DNA of 64,000 bases from Gemmatimonadales bacterium (GCA_035491815.1 DATJKA010000035.1:84718-148717), one strand, 5' to 3'; positions 9,542 through 18,130 are shown, counted from the first letter of the stretch. The notes: generated from the sequence alone by a model not told the origin. Made by a program: numbers and translations.

Positions 9542-10381
9542 ATGCCCAACATCGGCGTCTACCACCCGATCATCGTCCATTTCGCAATCGCGCTGCTGAT
9601 CCTGGGTGTGATCTTCCGGTGGATTTCACTCTCCGGCCGAGCGGTCTTCACGGGGCCTGCGGCCGCCACACTCATCTTGCTCGGTACCACGGCGGCGGTT
9701 CTCGCGGTGAGATCCGGGACGGACGCGCATGGCCCGGTCGAGCGCGTTCCGGGCGCGCGGCAAGCAGTGACGGATCACGAGGAAGCGGGCGAGTGGGCGC
9801 GCAACGTCTTCTTGATCATGGCGGTGCTCGAGATCGCGGCGCTCGTCGCGCGGCGGCGCCACGTGAACGTCGCCCGCGGCGCGCTGTGGGGCTCGGCCGT
9901 CGTCGGCATCTTCGCCGGTGCCGCGCTGTACAAGGCAGCGAAGCGCGGCGGCGATCTCGTCTATAGCTACGCCGGCGGCGTGGGCATTCGGTCCGGCGAT
10001 ACGGCGGACGTCAGTCGCCTGTACGTGGCGGGGCTGTACCAGCAGGCGCAGCGGGCGCGCGCGGCGCACGACAGTGTGCGCGCCGCGAGGCTGTTCGGTG
10101 AGCTGGTGCAGGAGTTCCCGAACGACACGACCGTGCGGTTGCTCGCGATCGAATCACAGCTGCACGACCGCAACGACCCGCGCGGCGCGCTCGCGTCGCT
10201 GTCGCGCCTGCAGGCGCCTCCGGGGAATCGCTTTCTTGCGAGCCGGCTCGCGTTCCTGAAAGCCGACGCCTTTGTCGCGGCGGGGAAGCCCGACTCGGCG
10301 CGCGCAACGCTGGAGCAGCTCGCGGCGGCGTATCCCGAAATGCAGGACCGGATCAAAGGCCGCATCGCCCAGATCAAATGA
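9542..10381 (+). CDS. DUF2231-like membrane protein fused to a TPR-like C-terminal domain
   Basis: HPIIVHFAIALLILG is the characteristic DUF2231 opening motif. About 4 TM helices, then a soluble helical-repeat region. ATGA overlap with cydA at 10378-10381. The start is taken at ATG 9542; the 9500 start would lie inside the hairpin. Confidence 0.7.
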   Translation: MPNIGVYHPIIVHFAIALLILGVIFRWISLSGRAVFTGPAAATLILLGTTAAVLAVRSGTDAHGPVERVPGARQAVTDHEEAGEWARNVFLIMAVLEIAALVARRRHVNVARGALWGSAVVGIFAGAALYKAAKRGGDLVYSYAGGVGIRSGDTADVSRLYVAGLYQQAQRARAAHDSVRAARLFGELVQEFPNDTTVRLLAIESQLHDRNDPRGALASLSRLQAPPGNRFLASRLAFLKADAFVAAGKPDSARATLEQLAAAYPEMQDRIKGRIAQIK

Positions 10382-11661
10382 GCGACCTGCTTGCCGCCAG
10401 GTCCCAGATGGCGGTGTCGCTCGCGTTTCACATCATCTTCGCCGTCATCGGGATCGCGATGCCGGTGCTCATGGTCCTCGCCGAACGCCGCTGGCAACGC
10501 ACGGCCGACCCGACGTATCTCGACCTGGCCAAGCGCTGGGCGCGCGGCACTGCGATCCTCTTCGCGGTCGGCGCGGTCTCCGGGACCGTGCTGTCGTTCG
10601 AGCTCGGGCTCCTCTGGCCCCGCTTCATGGCGGTCGCGGGCCCGATCATCGGGATGCCGTTCTCCCTCGAAGGCTTTGCATTCTTCACCGAAGCGATTTT
10701 TCTCGGCATCTACCTGTACGGATGGGAAAGAGTATCACGGCGCGCGCATCTCGTCGCAGGCGTGCTGGTTGCGGTGAGCGGTGCGGCGTCCGGCATCTTC
10801 GTCGTCATTGCCAATGCGTGGATGAACACGCCCGCGGGTTTCACCCTCGCGAACGGTGCATTCACGAACATCGATCCGATCGCGGCAATGCGGACGTCGG
10901 CCGCGCTGCCACAAACGCTGCACATGACGCTGGCGGCGTATGCCGCGACCGGCTTCGGCGTTGCGGGGATCCACGCGTTTCTCATTCTCAAACAGCGTGC
11001 CGGTGCGTTCAATCGCGCGGCGCTGATCATCGGACTGGTGGTTGGCGCGCCGGCCGCCGTGCTCCAGCCGTTTTCGGGCGACATCGCGGCGCGCTACGTC
11101 GCCCGCCGGCAGCCGGTGAAGCTCGCCGCGATGGAAGCGCTGTATGAAACGCGCGCCGGGGCGCCGCTGACGTTCGGGCCGGTCGTCATCCCGCACGGAC
11201 TGTCGCTGCTCGCCTTCCACGATCCCAACGCGACGGTGCAGGGACTGGATGCCGTGCCGCGCGAGGAGTGGCCCAACGTGGGGCTCGTGCACGTGTCATT
11301 CGACGTGATGGTCGCGCTCGGCACGTACATGGCGCTGGTCGGGCTATGGGCCGGCTGGCTTGCGGTTCGCAGGCGCGATCTGACGACCGAGCGGCTGTTT
11401 CTGTGGGCCCTCGCACTCGCCACGCCCTGCGGCTTTCTCGCGATCGAAGCAGGCTGGATGGTGACGGAGCTCGGCCGTCAGCCATGGGTGATCTGGGGCG
11501 TCTTGCGGACGCGCGATGCCGTTACCCCGATGCCGGGTTTGATCGTGCCGTTCTTGACGATCACGCTGCTGTACGTGACGCTGGCGGTGATCGTCGCCGT
11601 GGTGCTGTACCGGCAAATCATTCGCAGCCCCGGGGGCCGGGGAAGCGCACCCGAATGCTGA
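10378..11661 (+). CDS. cydA: Cytochrome bd-type quinol oxidase subunit I (short Q-loop type)
   Basis: MSDLLAARSQMAVSLAFHIIFAVIGIAMP.., GMPFSLEGFAFFTEAIFLGIYLYGW and GWMVTELGRQPW are hallmark CydA segments. Confidence 0.92.
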   Translation: MSDLLAARSQMAVSLAFHIIFAVIGIAMPVLMVLAERRWQRTADPTYLDLAKRWARGTAILFAVGAVSGTVLSFELGLLWPRFMAVAGPIIGMPFSLEGFAFFTEAIFLGIYLYGWERVSRRAHLVAGVLVAVSGAASGIFVVIANAWMNTPAGFTLANGAFTNIDPIAAMRTSAALPQTLHMTLAAYAATGFGVAGIHAFLILKQRAGAFNRAALIIGLVVGAPAAVLQPFSGDIAARYVARRQPVKLAAMEALYETRAGAPLTFGPVVIPHGLSLLAFHDPNATVQGLDAVPREEWPNVGLVHVSFDVMVALGTYMALVGLWAGWLAVRRRDLTTERLFLWALALATPCGFLAIEAGWMVTELGRQPWVIWGVLRTRDAVTPMPGLIVPFLTITLLYVTLAVIVAVVLYRQIIRSPGGRGSAPEC

Positions 11662-12662
11662 CGCTCCCGAACGTTCTCGCCGGCATCATCCTCGTCGCGC
11701 TGACCGCGTATGTGCTGTTCGCCGGCGCGGACTTTGGCGGCGGCGTGTGGGATCTGCTGGCCTCCGGGCCGCGTAAGAGCGCGCAGCGCGAGCTCGTGGC
11801 GCATGCGATCGGGCCGGTGTGGGAAGCCAACCACGTGTGGCTCATTCTTGCGATCGTCCTGCTCTTCACCTGTTTTCCCACCGCGTTCGCGCGCATCGCG
11901 ATCACGCTCCACATCCCGCTGACGCTGATGCTCATCGGTATCGTGCTACGCGGATCGGCGTTCGTGTTTCAGAGTTACGGCGGAGGCGGAGGGCGCGTGT
12001 TTGCGACGGCGAGTCTCGTGACGCCCGTCCTGCTCGGAATCTCGGTGGGATCCGTTGCGGCGGGTGGGGTGCGGGAAGTGGGAAGCGGGACGCGGGACGG
12101 GTACTACGCGAGTTACGTCGCGCCCTGGCTCACTCCCTTTGGGATCGCTGTCGGATTGTTCGCGCTCGCGTGCTTTGCGTTCCTCGCCGCGGTCTATCTG
12201 ACGGTCGAGGCGCGCGAGACCGATCTTCAGGAAGATTTTCGGCGTCGCGCGCTGGCGTCGGGTGCCGCGGTCGGTCTCATGGCGGCGCTCGGGCTCGCGC
12301 TGTTTCGGACCGTGCTCCCAGTGCACGTGGGAGTGGTGGTCGTCGTGGCGATGTCGTTGCTCGGCGCCGTCGCTGCGCTCGCGCGGCGATACTACGCGGG
12401 CGCGCGCTTGGCCGCCGCGCTCGCAGTCACGTTGATCGTGTGGGGTTGGGGGTTCGCGCAATATCCGTATTTGCTGCCGCCCGATCTGACGATTGCCGCG
12501 GCGGCGGCGCCGCCGGTGACGCTGCGGCTCGCGTTGATCGCGGTGCTGGTCGGTGCCGTGCTGTTGTTCCCGTCGCTCTATTATTTGCTGCGCGTCTTCA
12601 AGGTCAGTCGAAGAATGCCATTCGCTGCGCCACCCACCACGCGGCCAGCGCCCCCGCGATAA
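11655..12662 (+). CDS. cydB: Cytochrome bd-type quinol oxidase subunit II
   Basis: The start ATG 11655 overlaps the cydA stop (ATGCTGA). MLTLPNVLAGIILVALTAYVLFAGADFGGGVWDL..PVWEANHVWLI is typical of CydB. The upstream part of the 464-aa ORF lies out of frame inside cydA. Confidence 0.9.
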   Translation: MLTLPNVLAGIILVALTAYVLFAGADFGGGVWDLLASGPRKSAQRELVAHAIGPVWEANHVWLILAIVLLFTCFPTAFARIAITLHIPLTLMLIGIVLRGSAFVFQSYGGGGGRVFATASLVTPVLLGISVGSVAAGGVREVGSGTRDGYYASYVAPWLTPFGIAVGLFALACFAFLAAVYLTVEARETDLQEDFRRRALASGAAVGLMAALGLALFRTVLPVHVGVVVVVAMSLLGAVAALARRYYAGARLAAALAVTLIVWGWGFAQYPYLLPPDLTIAAAAAPPVTLRLALIAVLVGAVLLFPSLYYLLRVFKVSRRMPFAAPPTTRPAPPR

Positions 12663-12759
12663 AGCCGAGCACGCCGCCGAACGGCCCCATGATCTTGTCG
12701 CCGAGCACGCCGACAATCGTGCCGACCACGAAGCTGACGAGCGTCTTGAGCAGTCTCAT
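12604..12759 (-). CDS. Small (51 aa) two-helix membrane protein, hypothetical
   Basis: Hand-translated (below the ORF-track length cutoff): MRLLKTLVSFVVGTIVGVLGDKIMGPFGGVLGFIAGALAAWWVAQRMAFFD. ATGA overlap with the DUF167 gene stop at 12756-12759. GC-rich third positions. Its 3' end overlaps the convergent cydB end by 59 nt. Confidence 0.45.
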   Translation of the reverse strand: MRLLKTLVSFVVGTIVGVLGDKIMGPFGGVLGFIAGALAAWWVAQRMAFFD

Positions 12760-13064
12760 GTCGTCTCCAGAATCCGGAGTGCGATACTCGTAGCGATTCC
12801 GTCCACGGACACAATCTTGCGCCGTCCGGTCGTTCCCGCCGTGATGGTGATCGCGCGCCGCGGCACGCCGAGCGTTTCGGCTAGAAACCGCACGAGCTCG
12901 GCGTTGGCGGCGCCTTCGACCGGCGGAGCGGCGATGCGGATCTTGATGGCGTCACCGTGGCGCCCCGCGAGCGCGGACTTGGCTGCGCGGGGGACGACGT
13001 GAACGATGAGTTTGGCGTTCAGACGACTGAAAGACCTTGTAACAGGACCCAACGCAGGAACCAC
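12756..13064 (-). CDS. yggU: DUF167 (YggU-like) protein
   Basis: KLIVHVVPRAAKSALAGRHGDAIKIRIAAPPVEGAANAELVRFLAETLGVPRRAITITAGTTGRRKIV matches the DUF167 pattern (V.P.A....G...LK..V.APP.EGKAN..L..FLA). The start is uncertain: GTG 13064 or TTG 13052. Confidence 0.8.
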   Translation of the reverse strand: MVPALGPVTRSFSRLNAKLIVHVVPRAAKSALAGRHGDAIKIRIAAPPVEGAANAELVRFLAETLGVPRRAITITAGTTGRRKIVSVDGIATSIALRILETT

Positions 13065-13564
13065 AGAACGAGCCACGCGACGAGCGGGGTGATGTCCATC
13101 GCGCCGAACGGCGGCACGACGCGCCGCAGGGGCTCGACGATCCAGTCGGTGAGGACGTACGCCGGCCGGATCCATTTCGAATAGCGGAACAGGCCGAACC
13201 ACGCCGCCACCACGCGCACGATCAGCGCGAACACGAGAATGCGGTACACCATGAAGATGATGAGCGTGAGCGTCACTTTCGGACCGGCGTTGGCCGCTGC
13301 TTCCGCGACGTAGAAGGTCTGGGCGAGCCACCCGAGCAGCGACAGGAGGACGATGCCGGCGATCGCCGTGAGCACGATGAGCCAACCGCCGGCGTTCGCG
13401 GGATTGCCGCCCATGCGATGCAGCCGGCGCTCGACCGGGCGCAGCACCGGATCGGTCAGCGTGCGGAGCGTGCGGCCGAGGACTCCAAACGGCGAGACGC
13501 GGCGGGTGCGAACGAGCCAGGAGCCGAGGGCGACGAACGCCGCCAGCACGACGAGGCCGAACAC
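13019..13564 (-). CDS. yggT: YggT-family integral membrane protein
   Basis: Two YGGT-like repeats (LTDPVLRPVERRL.. and LTDWIVEPLRRVVPPFGAMDITPLVAWLVL). The start is uncertain. The first canonical codon after the kgd stop is GTG 13564. Confidence 0.8.
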   Translation of the reverse strand: MFGLVVLAAFVALGSWLVRTRRVSPFGVLGRTLRTLTDPVLRPVERRLHRMGGNPANAGGWLIVLTAIAGIVLLSLLGWLAQTFYVAEAAANAGPKVTLTLIIFMVYRILVFALIVRVVAAWFGLFRYSKWIRPAYVLTDWIVEPLRRVVPPFGAMDITPLVAWLVLWFLRWVLLQGLSVV

Positions 13565-13592
13565 GACGTAGCGGAAAATCGGGTTAACGATG

Positions 13593-16500
13593 TTAGGACT
13601 CTCCGTACGCCGCAGCGACGATCCGTTCCTGCTCCGCCTTGTGTGCGGCGGGATAGCCTTCCGCGGGGCTCGAGCGCTCGGGGCGCGACACGTCGAGCAG
13701 CGCCACACCAGCCGGCAGTATCTCGCGAATCTTCGGCAACACGAACTTGCGAGCGCCCATGTTGCGCGGCTCTTCCTGCACCCAGACGACTTCCTTGAGG
13801 TTCGGATAGCGGCGCGCATATTCGCCGATCTCCCCGCCCGGGAACGGGTAGAGCAGCTCCACGCGCCCGATCTTCACATGCGCCGCGTCGTTGCGCCGGG
13901 GTGATGCGACGATGTCGTAGTACACCTTGCCGCTGCAGAGCACGAGCCGCGTGACCTTCTCCGGCCACGTGCGATCGCGATCCCACAACACCGAGCGGAA
14001 CTTGCCGAGCACCAGGTCGTCGAGCTGCGAGGCGGCGGCGGGAAGCCGCAGCAAACTCTTCGGCGTCATGACGACGAGCGGGCGTATCTCGGTGTGACGT
14101 GCCTGGCGCCGCAGCAAATGGAAGTATTGCGCCGGCGTCGTGCAGTTCGCGACGCGGATGTTGCCCTCGGCGCCGAGCGCGAGGAAGCGCTCCAGCCGCG
14201 CGCTCGAGTGCTCGGGCCCCTGACCTTCGTAGCCATGCGGCAACAGCAGCGTGAGACGCGACGTCTCGCCCCACTTGGCGAGCCCGGCGATCAGAAATTG
14301 GTCGATCACCACTTCGGCACCGTTCGCGAAATCGCCGAACTGCGCTTCCCACAGCACGAGCGCTTCCTGCGCTTCGACCGCGTACCCGTACTCGAAGCCG
14401 AGGCACGCATACTCCGAGAGCGGGCTGTTGTGGAGCTCGAAAGGCACGCGGGCATCGGGCAGGTTTTGAATGGGGACGTGGCGCTTCCCGGTGTGCACGT
14501 CGTGCAAGACGAGATGCCGCTGGCTGAACGTGCCGCGCTCCGAGTCCTGGCCTGTGAGGCGGATCGGCGTGCCTTCGATGAGGAGCGAGGCGAACGCGAG
14601 CGACTCGGCGTGCGCCCACTCGATCCCCTCCTGCGCCGTCAACGACCGCCGGCGCTCGAGCTGGCGCGCGAGCTTGGGATGCACCGCGAAGCCGCTCGGC
14701 ACGGCCAGCAGCTCGCCGTTGAGCCGTGTGAGCACGTCGGCCGAGACGGCAGTGTCGGGCTCGACGACGACTTTCGGCGTAATGCGCTGCGTGTCTTCGG
14801 TGCTCGGCGCGCGCAGCTCGCCCTTCACCGCTTGCTGGATGGTAGTGAGCCGCTGATACGCGGCATCCGCTTCGCTCTGGGCCTGCGCGGCTTCGAGCAC
14901 GCCTTCGCTCGCGAGCTGCGCCGCGTATTTCTCGCGGACCGTGGGCTGCTGCTTGATGCGCTCGTACATGACCGGCTGCGTGTACGCCGGCTCGTCGGCC
15001 TCGTTGTGGCCGAAGCGGCGATAGCCCACGAGGTCGATCACGACGTCGCCGTGGAATTTCTCGCGATACATCATCGCGAGCCGCACCGCGGCGAGGCACG
15101 CCTCGGCGTCGTCGGCGTTCACGTGGATGATCGGCGCGTCGAACCCCTTGGCGAGATCGCTCGAGTAGTCGGTCGAGCGGCCCTCGCGCGGCTCCGTCGT
15201 GAAGCCGATCTGATTGTTCATGATGATGTGCATCGTGCCACCGGTCGTATAGCCGCGGAGCCGCGCCAGGTTGAACGTCTCGGCCACGACGCCCTGGCCC
15301 GCGAACGCCGCGTCGCCGTGCAGCAGCACCGGCAGCGCCAGCTTGATGTCGTGCCGGGCGTCAACGCTGTGGCGATTGGTCTGCTCGGCGCGCGTGCGAC
15401 CCTCGACGACCGGATTCACCGATTCGAGATGGCTGGGGTTCGGCGACAACGTCACCGCGACGTCCTTGCCGGTGCTGGTGCGGTACACGCCCTCGGCGCC
15501 GTGGTGGTATTTCACGTCCCCCGTGCCGGCGGTGCCACCTTCGGATTCGGCCGTCTCCTCGCGGCGACCACCCTCGAATTCCGCGAAGATGGTTTCGTAC
15601 GGGACGTTCACGACGTGTGCCAACACGTTCAACCGGCCGCGGTGCGCCATCCCGATCACCGTCTTGCGCGTGCCGTGCGCGCCCGCGAGCTCGATCGTGA
15701 AATCGAGCATCGGAACGGTCATATCCAGGCCTTCGATCGAAAAGCGCTTCTGGCCGAGGTAGGCCTTGTGCAGGAAGTGCTCGAGCGTCTCGACCGCGGT
15801 GAGGCGCGCCAGCAGCTGCTTCTTGCCGTCCGCGGAGAGCGGGCGCCGGTGCTCGCCCGACTCGATCACCTGCCGGAGCCAGATGCGCTCCTGCTGGTTG
15901 CCGATGTGCTCGACTTCGTACGCGATCGTGCCGCAGTACGTCGCGCGCAGGTGCGGCAATGCCTCGGCGAGCGTTTGGCCGGGCACGTAGATGCGCAGCA
16001 CGTCCGCCGGAATCCGCGCCATGATGTCCGGCGTCAAATCGAAGCTGGCGGGATCGAGCGAGGGATCGCCGATCGGCTCGGTGCCCAGTGGGTCGAGGCG
16101 CGCGGCCAGGTGCCCGAAGTTGCGGTGCGCGCGGACGAAGCGGGTGGCGGCGGCGACATTTTGGAGATCGTCCGCGCTCACATCGTGCGCCGTGCGCGGT
16201 GCGCCGTGCGCCGGAATGCTCGGCGTCGCGATTTCCGGCGCACGGCTCACGGCGACCGGCGTACGTCCTTCCAGGCTCTCAAGCACCTGCTCGTAGAACC
16301 GCTCTTCTCCCTGCAAGAGCGAATCGAGAGTCCGGAGAAACATTCCCGATTCCGCGCCCTGGATGATCCGGTGATCGTAGGTACTGGTGATCGTGACGAC
16401 CTTCGCGCCCGCGATTTCGCGGATCGTCCCGGTGGCGATGATCGAGCCTTGACCCTTCATCAGGCGCGGGACGGACGCGACGGTGCCGAGCGTGCCGGGG

Positions 16501-17207
16501 TTCGTGAGCTGAATCGTGCCGCCGGCAAAGTCGTCCGGCATGAGGCGATTGGTGCGCGCCTTCTCGACCAGCGCTTCGTAGGCCGCATGAAACGCCGCGA
16601 AGTCCATCGTTTCCGCATGCTTGATGACCGGCACGACCAACGCGCGGCTGCCGTCCTTCTTCTCGACGTCCACCGCCAGGCCGAGGCCGATCGCGCCCGG
16701 ATCGACGCGATGCGGTTTGCCGTCGATGTCCTGGAACGTGTGGGTCATGACGGGAAAGCGTTTCGCCGCCTGGACGATCGCGTATCCGATGAGGTGGGTG
16801 AACGAGACTTTCTTGCCGCTGGCGGCGAGCTGCGCGTTGAGCGCTTTGCGCCGCGCGTTCAACGTCTCCGCCGAGATGTCCCGGAAGGACGTCGCCGTCG
16901 GCACGGTCAGCGACTCGGTCATGTTCGCGACTAACCGCGCTGCGGGGCCGGCGATGGGAGAGGCGTTCGCCGTGCGCGGTGCGCCGTGCGCCGGAGAACC
17001 AGCTGCCGGTGGCGCCGTCTGGATTTCCGGCGCACGGCGCACGGCGGACGGCGCACGCTCTGCGGGAATCACCGGCAGCTGCGCGAGCTTCCCGTTCTCG
17101 AACAGCTCCCGCCACTCCTGGCCGACGGAAGCGGGATCGCGGAGCCACTCCTCGTACATGACCTGGACGAAGGCGGCGTTATGGGTACCGAAGACGAATT
17201 CGCTCAC
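13593..17207 (-). CDS. kgd: Multifunctional 2-oxoglutarate dehydrogenase E1 with an N-terminal E2-type acyltransferase domain (Kgd/OdhA architecture)
   Basis: 1204 aa. N-terminal MYEEWLRDPASVGQEWRELF. An E2 catalytic-domain segment ending ITSTYDHRIIQGAESGMFL. Then full E1o (GMAHRGRLNVL, LHGDAAFAGQGVV, ThDP-binding and transketolase-like regions). Confidence 0.93.
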   Translation of the reverse strand: MSEFVFGTHNAAFVQVMYEEWLRDPASVGQEWRELFENGKLAQLPVIPAERAPSAVRRAPEIQTAPPAAGSPAHGAPRTANASPIAGPAARLVANMTESLTVPTATSFRDISAETLNARRKALNAQLAASGKKVSFTHLIGYAIVQAAKRFPVMTHTFQDIDGKPHRVDPGAIGLGLAVDVEKKDGSRALVVPVIKHAETMDFAAFHAAYEALVEKARTNRLMPDDFAGGTIQLTNPGTLGTVASVPRLMKGQGSIIATGTIREIAGAKVVTITSTYDHRIIQGAESGMFLRTLDSLLQGEERFYEQVLESLEGRTPVAVSRAPEIATPSIPAHGAPRTAHDVSADDLQNVAAATRFVRAHRNFGHLAARLDPLGTEPIGDPSLDPASFDLTPDIMARIPADVLRIYVPGQTLAEALPHLRATYCGTIAYEVEHIGNQQERIWLRQVIESGEHRRPLSADGKKQLLARLTAVETLEHFLHKAYLGQKRFSIEGLDMTVPMLDFTIELAGAHGTRKTVIGMAHRGRLNVLAHVVNVPYETIFAEFEGGRREETAESEGGTAGTGDVKYHHGAEGVYRTSTGKDVAVTLSPNPSHLESVNPVVEGRTRAEQTNRHSVDARHDIKLALPVLLHGDAAFAGQGVVAETFNLARLRGYTTGGTMHIIMNNQIGFTTEPREGRSTDYSSDLAKGFDAPIIHVNADDAEACLAAVRLAMMYREKFHGDVVIDLVGYRRFGHNEADEPAYTQPVMYERIKQQPTVREKYAAQLASEGVLEAAQAQSEADAAYQRLTTIQQAVKGELRAPSTEDTQRITPKVVVEPDTAVSADVLTRLNGELLAVPSGFAVHPKLARQLERRRSLTAQEGIEWAHAESLAFASLLIEGTPIRLTGQDSERGTFSQRHLVLHDVHTGKRHVPIQNLPDARVPFELHNSPLSEYACLGFEYGYAVEAQEALVLWEAQFGDFANGAEVVIDQFLIAGLAKWGETSRLTLLLPHGYEGQGPEHSSARLERFLALGAEGNIRVANCTTPAQYFHLLRRQARHTEIRPLVVMTPKSLLRLPAAASQLDDLVLGKFRSVLWDRDRTWPEKVTRLVLCSGKVYYDIVASPRRNDAAHVKIGRVELLYPFPGGEIGEYARRYPNLKEVVWVQEEPRNMGARKFVLPKIREILPAGVALLDVSRPERSSPAEGYPAAHKAEQERIVAAAYGES
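16188..16260. repeat. Direct repeat copy B (linker C-terminal to the E2 domain of kgd)
   Basis: A 28-nt block cgccgtgcgcggtgcgccgtgcgccgga (16188-16215) and a 16-nt block gatttccggcgcacgg (16230-16245) recur identically at 16968-16995 and 17022-17037. Confidence 0.8.
16968..17052. repeat. Direct repeat copy A (linker N-terminal to the E2 domain of kgd)
   Basis: Same blocks as copy B, offset by 780 and 792 nt. They encode ..RAPEI[Q/A]T..PAHGAPRTA.. in both linkers. Confidence 0.8.
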
Positions 17208-17242
17208 GGGCTCGAAATCTATAGGGTATCTTATCTGACAGA

Positions 17243-18130
17243 ATGGGACTGCTCTCCCTCACGCTCATCCTGCTGCAAACTCAAGCGCTTCAAGGTCCTC
17301 ACGCCGCCGACTCGTCACTCAGTGCGCGCGTCGCGGCTCGCATCGCGCAGACGCCGTCGCGCGCCGTAGGCGTTTACTACCGGGATCTCGCGACCGGCGA
17401 CTCGCTGGCGCTCGGCGCCGCCGTGCGCTTTCACGCGGCGAGCACGATGAAGATCCCGGTGATGATTCAGCTGTTCCGGGACCGCGACGCGGGCCGCTTG
17501 TCGCTCACCGATTCGGTCACGATCACCAACACATTTCGGTCGATCGTGGACAGCTCGCCGTATCAGCTCGACGTCACCGATGATTCCGATTCGTCGCTCT
17601 ACAAGCGGCTGGGCCAAAAGACCTCGATTCGCGAGCTGATCGAGCTGATGGAAACGGTATCGAGCAATCTCGCGACCAATCTCCTGATCGCGAAGGTGAA
17701 CGCCACGCGGGCCAACGCCACCGCGCACGCGCTCGGCGCCGATTCCATTGTGGTGCTGCGCGGCGTGGAAGATCAGAAAGCCTACGATGCGGGGATGAAC
17801 AACACGACGACGGCCCGCGATCTCGGCGTACTGCTGGCCGCGATCGCGACCGACAGGGCCGCGTCGGCCCAGTCCTGCAACGACATGCTCGCCATTCTCG
17901 GGCGCCAGCAGTTCAAGGAAGGGATCCCGGCGGGACTCCCGCCCGGAATGCGAGTGTATCACAAGACCGGCTGGATCACGCAGATCTATCACGACGCCGC
18001 GATCGTCGAGCCGAGGGCCGGGGATCGGTATGTGCTCGTGGTGTTGACGGGCGGCATTCAGAAGGACGAGGACGCTCACGCGCTGGTGCGCGACATCTCG
18101 CGCATCGTGTACGACGCTCGGAGGAAATGA
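17243..18130 (+). CDS. Class A beta-lactamase-fold serine hydrolase, secreted
   Basis: SxxK (AASTMKIPVM), an SxN-like element (VSSNLATN) and KTG (YHKTGWI). N-terminal signal-like segment. Confidence 0.8.
   Translation: MGLLSLTLILLQTQALQGPHAADSSLSARVAARIAQTPSRAVGVYYRDLATGDSLALGAAVRFHAASTMKIPVMIQLFRDRDAGRLSLTDSVTITNTFRSIVDSSPYQLDVTDDSDSSLYKRLGQKTSIRELIELMETVSSNLATNLLIAKVNATRANATAHALGADSIVVLRGVEDQKAYDAGMNNTTTARDLGVLLAAIATDRAASAQSCNDMLAILGRQQFKEGIPAGLPPGMRVYHKTGWITQIYHDAAIVEPRAGDRYVLVVLTGGIQKDEDAHALVRDISRIVYDARRK

Noticed and set aside
13456-16934. Long ORFs 13456-15099 (minus) and 14094-16934 (plus) inside or opposite kgd.
   Set aside because: They are alternative-frame or antisense shadows of the 1204-aa Kgd gene, with Arg-rich composition and no motifs.
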